From: Folioceros fuciformis
Lineage: Eukaryota
Assembly (NCBI GenBank): GCA_049999805.1
Contig: JBNGIO010006373.1
Coordinates: 98,231 to 162,230, forward strand
Length of the DNA: 64,000 bases
Direction of reading: 5' to 3'
The notes under the pieces were generated by a model that ran no database searches, was not told the DNA's origin, and was given only the letters and a program-made list of their open reading frames with translations. Below, in pieces: positions 12,801 to 22,882 of this stretch. A program made the translations under genes and the position numbers. Positions within the stretch are counted from its first letter, which is position 1; each line of letters opens with the position of its first letter.

Positions 12801-14382
12801 CAATGCTGGTGCAAGAGAAGATCGAAGACTTGGGCTTGGGAAGAGGCTTCCTGATTAATACAAAACAACATGTTATGCTTTGTGCACTGCTAGATGAGCA
12901 TCGTGTTCGAGGTGACACACTGAGACTTTGGGGCAAGCTTTCAAGCCGAAGTCATGTACCTGATTTAGACGTGCCTTGTACAATTCTGCTCCTGTAACTG
13001 TGTAGTGCAGATATATGAGCACCATCAACCTGCAAGCCATTCGCAAGGAGTACCATTAGATCATTCGACGGTTCACACAACCAGAGCAAACAAAGTGAAA
13101 GGTACATGTGAATCACTGACCCGCTGGCTGTTGAGATCATACTTTTCACCCCAGCAGTGTACTGTCGTCAAGCATCTCGTTGAACTTGTTGACGATGCAT
13201 TGGTTTGAAGAGCGGACAGAAAATGCTCCAAGCTATCCAGAATTTTCAGGACTGTGTCCGTAGACTGCTTGTTCACACCTCCTTTCCCCAAAATATCCAC
13301 AAAGTGCTGTGTGATCTACTAAGACACGGCACAGAATAAGCAACCACTCACATGAATAAACTGATTAACGCGACAACCTGAGGACACAGAACCAAAGATG
13401 CCGAAAATCTTACAACTTGGTGGTTCAGAACCTGACCTGATGCGAGAAAAGGGAGACCACAAGCGAGGAGTTGTGAATCACTAACAGATCTAGAAAACCG
13501 AACGCTGTCAAGCGAATATCCATTGTAAGATGCGTCATTGCACTGCAGACATGAGCCATCATCACTGGCACCAGAGGCGCCATACTTGCCTGCAAAATCA
13601 CAACCGAGGCACATCAGACATCCTCTCGCTAAATAACGAAGTGCCTTGGGGGCCTCGAGACATTGAAACCACCTCTGACAAGCCTGGAAAGACCACGGAA
13701 CGGAGAAGAACGAGGAAAGCCTGTCGCACAGCTCTGTCTCCATCGGTTATCCTGGGACACAGCTTTTCCAAAATTGCGACGGCGTGGGAGGCCAGCTCCG
13801 TCCGGTGCCGTGAGATGAGATCTCTGATGCCAACTATGGATTCTGCAATTTCCCACTCCGCAGTCAGACCCAGGAGCGAGCTGAGTCTCCACCTAAACAA
13901 TCAGCAACTCACAACGGTGAATACCTTTTCGCACCCTCTCACTGTAGTGAGTACTCTGACATAGTAGCTCCTTCAGTGTTTGCTTCCGCTGATTGACAGC
14001 GACGCCATCCTTGTTTTGTGCAAGACTTTGTTCAGGTAGCACGATTGCTGCATTCCCATTAGACAAAGCTCAGTAAATTCATCAGAAACGCATTTCCCGG
14101 AACAACAACCAGCAGCAGCAGCAGCAGCAGGAGGTCACCTTTGGAGGTGAAATCCAGCTTGGTCTCATTTTTGGGAGGTGGAAGCTTCCGTCCCACCTTG
14201 TGCTTAACCCTCTGCAATCCACACGAGTACAGCTTGCGTGAGATCAGATCAGCAAACAATCGAAACCAGGAGACAAATTGACCAGCCAGAGAAATCATTG
14301 CCTTAAAGTCGACGCCCACGCCTTTGGATTTAACCTTGCCCGGTTTGGCCTTGCCCGCCTTCTGGGCCTTGCCCGACGGCAT
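9835..14382 (-). CDS. TEX10/IPI1-like pre-rRNA processing (Rix1 complex) protein, multi-exon
   Basis: N-terminus GVDFK|RVKHKVGRKLPPPKNETKLDFTSK, then AIVLPEQSL and LKELLCQSTHYSEK, then LCPRITDGDRAVRQAF: the Ipi1_N signature. Internal exon boundaries were only partly traced. Confidence 0.85.
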
Positions 14383-14737
14383 GGCCCTCTACGTGCTACC
14401 CAACTCGCCTCCGTCCCCTAACCTGAAGCAAATCTCCCTTTCCTGTGTTCAACAGCCCCGGAGAAGCTAACAAACCCGATGCCGACGCAGCTCCTACATG
14501 GTTTCGAGAAAGGCAAACTGCCAATCAGAGGGTGGTGAGCGCCGGCTCTCCGTGGATCTCATCTTCTTCTTTGCTCTCGAAGATCACCCAATTTGTTCAC
14601 ACGTACAGTACGTACAGTAGCGGAAACTGGTAAACCTGGTCGGGACGTCAGTTTAGACTAGAAGTCGTCTCGTTGGAAATCGGTAGGTCTTGAGAAATGA
14701 CAATCTCAGTGGGGTGCAGGTATATATAGATGGCATA

Positions 14738-14856
14738 GCGAGGCCGAGGAGGGTGTTGCGGGGATGGGTCGCGATCGGGAGTGTTGATCTGGCGGGGCCG
14801 AGGAGGATGTTGCTGGGATGCGTCGCGATCGGGTGTGTTGGATCTGGCGGGGCCGA
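14738..14856. repeat. ~54-bp tandem repeat, about 2.2 copies
   Basis: GCG(A/G)GGCCGAGGAGG...GTCGCGATCGGG(A/T)GTGTTG..ATCTG begins at 14738 and 14792, with a partial copy at 14847. Confidence 0.85.
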
Positions 14857-15077
14857 TTACAAACAGTCTTCTCCACTACTGTCACCCAGCCGGATCTTGG
14901 GTCCCATTTCCTTCCTCCAGGAAAGCGGTCAAGCGTCCTGAAATGGTAAAGTCTCGGTGTACATATTCATCGGTTTACACTGAAATAAGAACAACAGAAA
15001 CACATACTATATGTATATACAACTTTCTAATAGGAGAATTAGTATAGTATAACTGTGACATAGAATTTCAAGTTGTA

Positions 15078-15535
15078 GTGCTCCCTGTTCATAAAGTGCC
15101 GGCAGCCATGGGAGCTGAGCATGAAGAGGCCTCACGGGCTTGGACTCTAGATGAGGAAGTCGGTTTCCATGTAATAAACTGCAACACTTGGACTATGGTC
15201 TTATGTTTCTCTCGCACCTTGGAAGTATGGTCTTATGTTTCTGAGAGAGCAAAGAAACCTATAGTTGAATATTCTTTACGATTCAATATCGGATGGGAGG
15301 TGGAACTGGGATGGGACCAGCGGTGGTTAACATGCTATAGAGCACCAAGGTGCAGCTGGGCACCCCTATGTGTGATATCACCCTATGTACCATTACACCC
15401 AATCTAGATGCAGTTGGCACTTTACTCCAAGAAATACCTGATTTTGATTTTTCCTCTATCACAAAGGCAAGTTTAACTCACAAGCCTTCTGCCCCATCCT
15501 TCCTAAGACCACAGAGATGACCAATGGTGAGAGCA
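15078..15535 (+). pseudogene. Decayed partial duplicate of UBP14 (ZnF-UBP exon, end of next exon, start of its intron, start of following exon)
   Basis: AAMGAEHEEASRAWT matches UBP14 AAMGAEHKEDLTAWT. gggaggtggaactgggatgg (~15296) matches gggaggcggaactgggatgg (~4928). DFSSITK (~15446-15467) matches DFSSLTK. acagagatgac (15511) matches 5341. Stops and indels are present. Confidence 0.85.
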
Positions 15536-15799
15536 CGACATGAGGCTCACACCATGTGGAGGCAAAACCCCGAGCACTCTTACCCGGCAAGAGTCACTAG
15601 ACTAACCCCAAAGAAAAGAAAGAAGGGAACACACTCCCCTCTTTGATATCTCCCCCCCACAACCTTGCTAGATGCCATGAGACATGGCTGGCCTACAGCA
15701 CATGTCCAAATAAGGAACAAGAGTGGACAGGTCGAGAAAAAGACACATCCTTTACAATCAAGAGCTAGGGGCAAGCCCCTTCACCCTGGTCATTACACC

Positions 15800-15986
15800 T
15801 TGTGATCCTACTAGACACTGTACAACCGGCAACATGCTACCTGTGATCCTACCAGACTCTGTACAGCCGGCAACACAGCCCGGCAACACACTGCCTGTGA
15901 TCCTACCAGACACTGTACAGCCGGCAACACGCGGCAACACACTGCCTGCGATCCTACCAGACACTGTACAGCCGGCAACACGCGGC
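15800..15986. repeat. Minisatellite, ~4 units of 39-54 bp (CTGTGATCCTACCAGACACTGTACAGCCGGCAACAC core)
   Basis: Direct repeats are visible in the DNA and give the (GNTLPVILPDTVQPAT)n translation. Confidence 0.9.
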
Positions 15987-16505
15987 TTTCGATGGCCAGA
16001 TTACAATAATAAGAAGGTTGTGTATAATGACATATAACTAGACAAGAGCAAGGAATCCAAGTGTGGCGCCCTTTGCTGTTCCTTGTCATGATGCGTTTCT
16101 CATAGGTTAAGACGCTAGCCGTGCTTCCACTGCGCAACTTGCTACCAAAGATCTCTTAGCAATTTGGAATATTCAAGTCTTTGTGTCTTTGTCCATGGTC
16201 GTGTGATCACCGGGGGTATACAAACCGAAAAGGCTAACTTTGTGTCCCCCATTGTGTAGGAAATGAATTGCTCCAAGGCTTCTTATGCAGAATGAAATGA
16301 AGTCTAATGTCCTTCTTTCCCTACAACCAGACTTTGGCAAGTAGGCATCATTCCATATTAGTAGCTATAGATAGCATTGGAATCAGCTCAAAGTGCGCCC
16401 AATCTAGTTTGTGAATGCCCTGATAGCATTATGGAGGCAAGTGTAGGTGATTTAAAATACGTATGGGGCATGGACGCCCTGCCATTTCGGCTGGATGCGA
16501 TCCAC

Positions 16506-16517
16506 GCTCTGATACCA
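16506..16517 (-). mobile_element. tRNA-iMet primer-binding-site motif TGGTATCAGAGC; probable LTR-retrotransposon remnant
   Basis: Exact 12-mer (plus strand gctctgatacca). No gag/pol ORF or LTR pair recognised. Confidence 0.5.
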
Positions 16518-17017
16518 TAAAGTGACTTTGTGTATTTGGAATCATCCTTGGATCACATCGTCGGGAACTGAGGAGGTGCATAGAACGTCGAGAAGACGTT
16601 TGGCAGAAAAGAAAAACGGTTACATTTAAGAAAAGAAAAAAACATGTCTTATAATACAATGTAAGCGGTTAGGGTTTGAATGTAAATAACTAGGTAATAA
16701 TAACAAACCCTAAACCTTAATTCTAATACTGGTATGTTGTCGCATAGGTGTATACAACTAATCATTAGATTATAATAAAGGTATGCAAATAGACAATATT
16801 AGTTGCAAGTAATGTAATAGCCCTCGAACACCACTCCCATAGATAGCTATAGCTCTCAAGATGTTGTGATTGGATCCGAAGATAACAAAAGATCTACCTA
16901 CCATCCAGTGTTCATGACGCCATCATACCTACACTTGTTGCTATCCTAGAAAAATGTGTTGGCTAGCCCTCATTTGCAATCGCACTTTTTGTGAAGTTAC
17001 ATGATGTGGCCATTCCA

Positions 17018-18386
17018 TCAAGATCCATATGTTGTAGGACCATCATCATAAGGATCCGGTGCATACGAGTAATCATAGTCTGGTGTGGGTGCTTGAATTG
17101 ACACACTTGGGCTTGGGCTTGGGCTTGGGCTTGGGCTTGGGCTTGTGCTTGGGACATTTAGTGAAGGAGAAAATGAGTGATCTCCATCCCCATGTTTTAT
17201 GCTAGTTATATTTTGTATAAAATCAAATATGGCATCAATTAATTCTTGAATTGTTGATAATTCCGACAAAGTTGATTTCTTAGTGGAAGCACACTTGGAC
17301 ATTTCTCTAAGAATCCATCTGTCCATATGTTGGCTCGGATGGAATGCATCAAACCACACATAATCTCTTGCATTGTTGCAAGAGATGTTGGAAGTAGTTG
17401 TACATCGATGGCCGCCATTATACAAACCTGCTCCACAACAAGCTTCATTATTCTTGAATCCATGTCCAATAACATTGTGAGATACACGAGATGTGACATT
17501 AAACGTTGGTGCAACATGAATTCTTGACTCCGGAAAGTCAGATTGGAATTGTCTAGCTTGAGCTCGGAGTTGCTGGTTGAAGTTGTGCACCCAATTGTTC
17601 AAAGAATGGACGCAACTTGAGTTATTCTCAAGTTTGAATCTTGCCCTCATGTAAGGTGTGCAACCAAGAGTTGGAATGTCTGTTATGGAAAAAAAAATCG
17701 AGCACCCACTCCATATAGATTATGAAGGAAGCCCGTGTAATTCCCAAGTAGGTGTTGTCCAAAATCATCCCTTAATTGATTGCCAGCCATAACATGTTCG
17801 GTGATGTCATTTGTTCGCACTGAAATATGAAATAAAGTTTTCCTAACATGATTCAAAGCCTCCTGCGACCCCATTGCTTTGTTCAAGGAAACCAAGGTAT
17901 CTTGTTTGAAGAACAAAAATTGATCTCTGTTCAAGGAAGCCAAGGTATCTTGTTTGAAGAACAAAAATTGATCTCGTATAGAAATAACGTCACCATACGT
18001 TTCCACGTGTTGTGAAGCAGCCCAGAACTTGCTGATGCAAAATTAATTCCTTGGCCCCTCGTATATGAATTTTCGCTTGAATGAAGATAAGGCGATGGAT
18101 AATGAGTTAAGTTTACTTTCCTTGCCAATATGTCCACAAGAAGTCTCCCATTAGAATGCCTTGCGGTAGCTTTGTGACCATCAAAATCAATACCGTAAGG
18201 TGGATAATTTGCTTTGGCAAATATTGGTTGTGCTTCTATATAGTTGTTGTTACCAACATCAACCATGGAATCTCCAAATACTATCATCCTTATATGTGTC
18301 CTACCATTACCATTTCTTGCTCTTATATTATCTAGTACCTGAAGTAATATCAAAGCTACGATGAGGTAATTCATCTTTGTCCTCAT
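17018..18386 (-). pseudogene. Intronless GDSL/SGNH esterase-lipase with signal peptide and (SP)n/Tyr-rich tail; frameshifted
   Basis: FGDSMVDVGNNNY, ANYPPYGIDF, SNGR, GINFAS, xTND, CCGAG and WFDAFHP are spread over three frames. Frameshifts lie near 18005 and at the A9 run (17689-17697). A 48-bp tandem duplication occupies 17880-17975. TATA-like TATATATAA near 18615-18623. Confidence 0.85.
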
Positions 18387-18783
18387 TGTAAGTAACTTAG
18401 CTACAAAGGTTTTTTCACAAAAAAAAAGAAGAAGACTTGGGTACAAAGTTTTGATAAGTATGGCGATCAACTCTTAGTGACTTGTGGCGGTCCAAGAAAT
18501 GGGTCACAAAAGCAAAAGGGTCGTGATTAAGAAATGAATTGTGAGGAGAAAATAGTTCATGACAAGTTCATGGAGAGAGGGATGTACGTAAGAGAGGTGG
18601 ACGAATAGCTTCACTTATATATAGTCTTCTTGTCTTCTTATTGCTAATCTAGTCTTTCATTCTTGAACAAACATATACTAATATTAATACTATAGATTTA
18701 CTTCTAAATTCTACAAGAATAGTTCCTACTATTAGAGGAAGGCTAACTTGTTTTGGTCTTTCTTCCAAGGTTGGAAGTTATTT

Positions 18784-18805
18784 CTAAACCCTAAACCCTA
18801 AACCC
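18784..18805. repeat. Interstitial plant telomere-type repeat (CTAAACC)x3
   Basis: ctaaaccctaaaccctaaaccc. Shorter copies at 16667-16677, 16705-16717 and 61097-61109. Confidence 0.9.
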
Positions 18806-18820
18806 ATCTGCAAAGCAAGG

Positions 18821-21800
18821 TTATCGTTGCGCTTGCATCTTTCCTTGGACACTGTCATACTCACTCTTCAAACCGAGTTCTTTTAAGCATCGGAGGACAC
18901 TCTCGTATGCCTGAGATGAAGGCTCCAGGTCTGAGGAATCCATCCAACTCAAAATCTGCAGGGAGTAGAGACGAAGTTACTTGGACAGAATATCATGGTC
19001 TCGTCCACCAAGCACAGTGCGGGGTAGGAAGACAGAGACATGCATGGCATTGTAAAGCGGGTTGCTGACATTCCCAGCTGCGTACCTCTAAACATTTTCT
19101 CCACCTCATGGCCCTGGCACAGCTGTAGATAAGAAGATCGTAGATCTCCGTGGTTGGTTTGAGACCGGCTGTTTGCAGCTGGTGGAATGACTGGAAACAC
19201 AGCGTACGATGTCATTGAGCAGAAGCTGAAGACGTAACATCAAAATTGTGGACTTGAAGGAGTTTGTCAGCACCTTGAGCAACACATCGAGTTTGCCACT
19301 TTTCCCTAGAGTGCCTAGTAAGTAGTGCGAGACACCGAGTGTAGGCTGGATCTCCGAGTCTAGCATCTCTTGTAATAGCCTGCTTGCAGACCTCCAATCT
19401 AGCAGCCTGGATGTAAGAGCCGCGGGTCAGAACATGGGCTTCTGTAGGGAGGATAATATGGTATCCGCAGTGACAGCGCACATCAACCGTGTGTGCTTAC
19501 TTATGACACGCCACGAACAGCTCCTTGTACGCTGCTTCTCTCAAGACTACACCCCGGCTTTTGACTTCGTCCCACAAGCGCAATGCGTGTTCAGGCTGCC
19601 CACATCTGTTCTGCACAGCAAAGATGGTAGCACAAGCTTGTTCATCTGCTGCAACTCCCGCATCTTCCATCTTTTTGAAGACAAGGTTTGCAGCTTCTGG
19701 CATGCCTGTGACAACGAAGAAGAGGGGACAACCAGCTCAGTTTGCAAAGGAATGGCGTAGAGTGAAAGCAGACCAGGACTCTAGATGCTCTCCCTCTTTG
19801 ACGGAGCACAGCTTGAATTAACGGGAAGGGCAGAGGCACCTGCTAATAAGTAGCAATGGATCAGTGATGTATAAGTGATGACATTAGGCTTGCAGCCGTG
19901 GGTCTCCATTTCATCAAGGACTCTTCTTGCCTCGTGATGCAGGCCCTGCAATGAGTAGGCTAAGCTCCCGTAGTGGGTGAAGGCTCAAAGCAAACAGCCA
20001 GCATGAGGGTCTTGTCTCAGACGATCACCTGTTTGGCGTATGCATCGGTCAGCGCTGTGCACACCTGCACCGTCCTTGGTATCTTGAGTTGTAACATTTC
20101 TTCGTACAACTTCTCGGCTTCAGACAAGTCGCCTAGTTTACCAAGTCCATCAATCAACGTGGTGAATGTGACACTGTCTGGATCCACCCCACCAGTTTTC
20201 ATTTCCCTGTACCTGGTAATTGCTAGGTTACGAGCACCTGTGTCGAAATCTGCAGCAATTGCAGCGTTGTAGGCATGAACGTTCAGCTTGATCCCCCGTC
20301 TTGTGGCTTCCCGGAGAATAGTTCCCACTTGCTCTAGAAACCCACTGCGTCTAGCAGCGGCAATCAGACTACAGATAGTCACTACATTGGGCTGTACTTG
20401 CATGGCTTCCATGTCGTGCAAGAGTGAAAAGACGGCTGGAAAAGGTTCAGAAGAACCGATGGCGTCGATCAAACAGTTGAAGGTGCACACATTGGGCTTC
20501 ACTGCCCTGTTCTTCATTGTCTGAAAGACTTCCCGAGCTTTTTTTGGCTTCTCTGCTTTGCCATAGGCATTCACAAGTGCAGAATATGATACTACATCCG
20601 GTGAGAGATCATTCTGAGTCAGCAACGTGAACATCTCCTGCGCCTCAACATGCAGTCCAAGTGATCCATATGCACCAATCAAAGTGTTGAATGAGACTAT
20701 GGTTGGTTTTAGACCCTCACCGACCATCATCTCAAAAATGGCCCTCGCATCTGTGACTCGCCCTTGCACAGAGAACAAGTGCATGAGATTATTGTATGTC
20801 ACAATATCCGGATAGCATGGACTTGACTTCATTCTCTTCATCACATAGAAAAGGTTCTCAGCCTTGTCGTACTCTTCCATCTTGATGAGGCAGTGAAGAA
20901 CAATGTTGTAAGAGACCCGGTCGGGATGAACAAGCTTGCAGCCTTTCATGTGCTCGAAATACGCCAGCGCCTTACGGTACTGAGCGCCATTCTTGAATGC
21001 TGATAAGATGATGTTGTGCGTGAAAACATCAGGACCCACACCCTGGCTCGACATCCTCTTGCACAAACCCAGAGCCACCTCCCATTGGCCACTTGTGCCA
21101 CACGCGTGAATCACATTGTTGTAGGAGCTTCTATTCGGTGGTACCTGCGCGAGAAGTGCCTTAGTCTCTCTTCACCCCAGGAAACCAGGGGGAGCAGCAG
21201 TGCAGTCTAGCATGATTGACTTACTCCAGCCCGCAGCATGTCCTCGAACATATTCAGCGACCATCGCCACTGCCCAGCCCGCCCATGCACATTGATCAAA
21301 GCGTTGTATGTCTCAACGTCAGGCTTGCATCTGCTACATCCTCTTGCTCAGAATGCGAAAACCAAGCACCACCAACTCCAACACAGCACAAGGTTTTCCC
21401 AGGCAGCAAACACAGGACCGGGATGGAAACACTGACCGCCACTCCTGCATCTCGTTAAAAAGCCCCCGTGCTTGGTCAACCTGCTGATGCCTGGAGTAGA
21501 GCCCTATCATCTCGTTGTAGATATCATTCCTAGCTCGATAATTCTGCTGCACTTTCATCCAGTTGAACACCCGCCGACTGTGTGGCAGAGACCCACGTCT
21601 TGTCATTTCCTGTCATTTCCACCACACGGCTCTCCCCGTCACAACCTCACACCACCATGCAAAATCCACAAGACACAATTCCGCCAAACCGTCCACCCAT
21701 CCATTCCCACCCGGACGAGCGCAGGGAAGTTCTTCCGATTAAACCTCCCCATCCATCGATTCAAAAGCCCATCAATATCCTCCCAGTGGTTCATCCTCAG

Positions 21801-22170
21801 CACCTGCTCCACTATCTCCAAAGGACTGCACTCCACGCGTGCCTTCTTCTTCCATCTCTTCTGGTACCTCTTGGGGGCCTCCCGCATCACGTAGGACTCT
21901 GCCTTCCGCTTGGGCAGCAGAGATAGATCCAAACCAACCCTCCCTTCCTGCCTCGGCCCATGCTCCACAGCCAGAGCTGCTCCAACAACCTTTTCCCTTC
22001 TCAACGGCACCCTCCTCTTCCNNNNNNNNNNNNNNNNNNNNNNNNNNNNNNNNNNNNNNNNNNNNNNNNNNNNNNNNNNNNNNNNNNNNNNNNNNNNNNN
22101 NNNNNNNNNNNNNNNNNNNNNTCCTCAATCCATCCTCTGCACTCAGCCCAGGCCCGCCGCCTGCAAGCAT
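18821..22170 (-). CDS. P-class PPR protein, EMB2654 (At2g41720)-like; plastid rps12 trans-splicing factor family; multi-exon, 5' part crosses an N gap
   Basis: LNRWMGRFNRKNFP, NYRARNDIYNEMIGLYSRHQQVDQARGLFNEMQEW, HGRAGQWRW and GVGPDVFTHNIILSA match my recollection of EMB2654. Last exon ILSWMDSSDLEPS...MQAQR* has its stop at 18821-18823. Start codon uncertain because of the gap. Confidence 0.85.
22022..22121. other. Assembly gap (100 N)
   Basis: Run of 100 N. Confidence 1.
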
Positions 22171-22882
22171 CGTCGATCAATGCAGCGCCGCCCAGAACAG
22201 AAAACCAGATTAGCTTAACAGCCCGCTAATAAGCGACCCCACTTCCAGCATCGGCCAACGCAGCCTCGAGCGTGTTTCATCCTGTGTCCTCTTATGTCCC
22301 CACATCATGTCTCGCCGCATGACGTGGTGGTTACTGTCAGTGCAGGCCGCTTTGGAGGTTCGTAGCCCACAGGCCACAACCTCCATCTTAGATACAGTAA
22401 CTGGCGAATTTGGTGGTGGGAAATTTCTGGCTGCCAGTTGCCGGGAGGGGATGAGTGGGCCACAAGCTGGGCCAACCACACAGTGGACCTTGCGGAGCTC
22501 GCATCCTGTCCCTAGTTTTACTGCTCCCGTTCCAGAGACTCTTCCACGACTTCACGGCAGCAGGAAACACGCATTTGAAGCATGGCCTTCCTGCTGCCTA
22601 CTTGTGTGCACCTGTACCAGGGGAGCTCGACCTCGGGGCTCGCCTTCGACTTTCGCACTGGGGCCCGAGATTGTGTGTTGGGGCAATCGGTACTGGGCTC
22701 CTGAGCTTCCTTCCTTCCGGGTGCTGGAATTGTAGCAATGGGTTGTTGACTTTGTCTTCATGGTATGCTGCCGGGCCTGGTGAGGAGGAGGAGGAGGCGG
22801 CGGCTGCTGCGGCCCGGCCCAGCCCAGCCCTGCTCTGTTCTTCTCTGCTCTTCCCTGAGCCCAACCGGTTTGGCTGGCAGCC

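Noticed and set aside
15800..15986. Repeat-spacer appearance suggesting a CRISPR array
   Set aside because: Inter-repeat segments are variants of each other rather than unique spacers; no cas genes; eukaryotic context.
16064..16071. TGGCGCCC as a second primer-binding site
   Set aside because: Only 8 nt, and not directly preceded by a CA LTR end.
18762..18787. Helitron 3' end (hairpin + CTRR)
   Set aside because: The hairpin is AT-rich with a 2-nt loop, only 6 nt from CTAA, and not followed by T; no matching 5' TC end identified.
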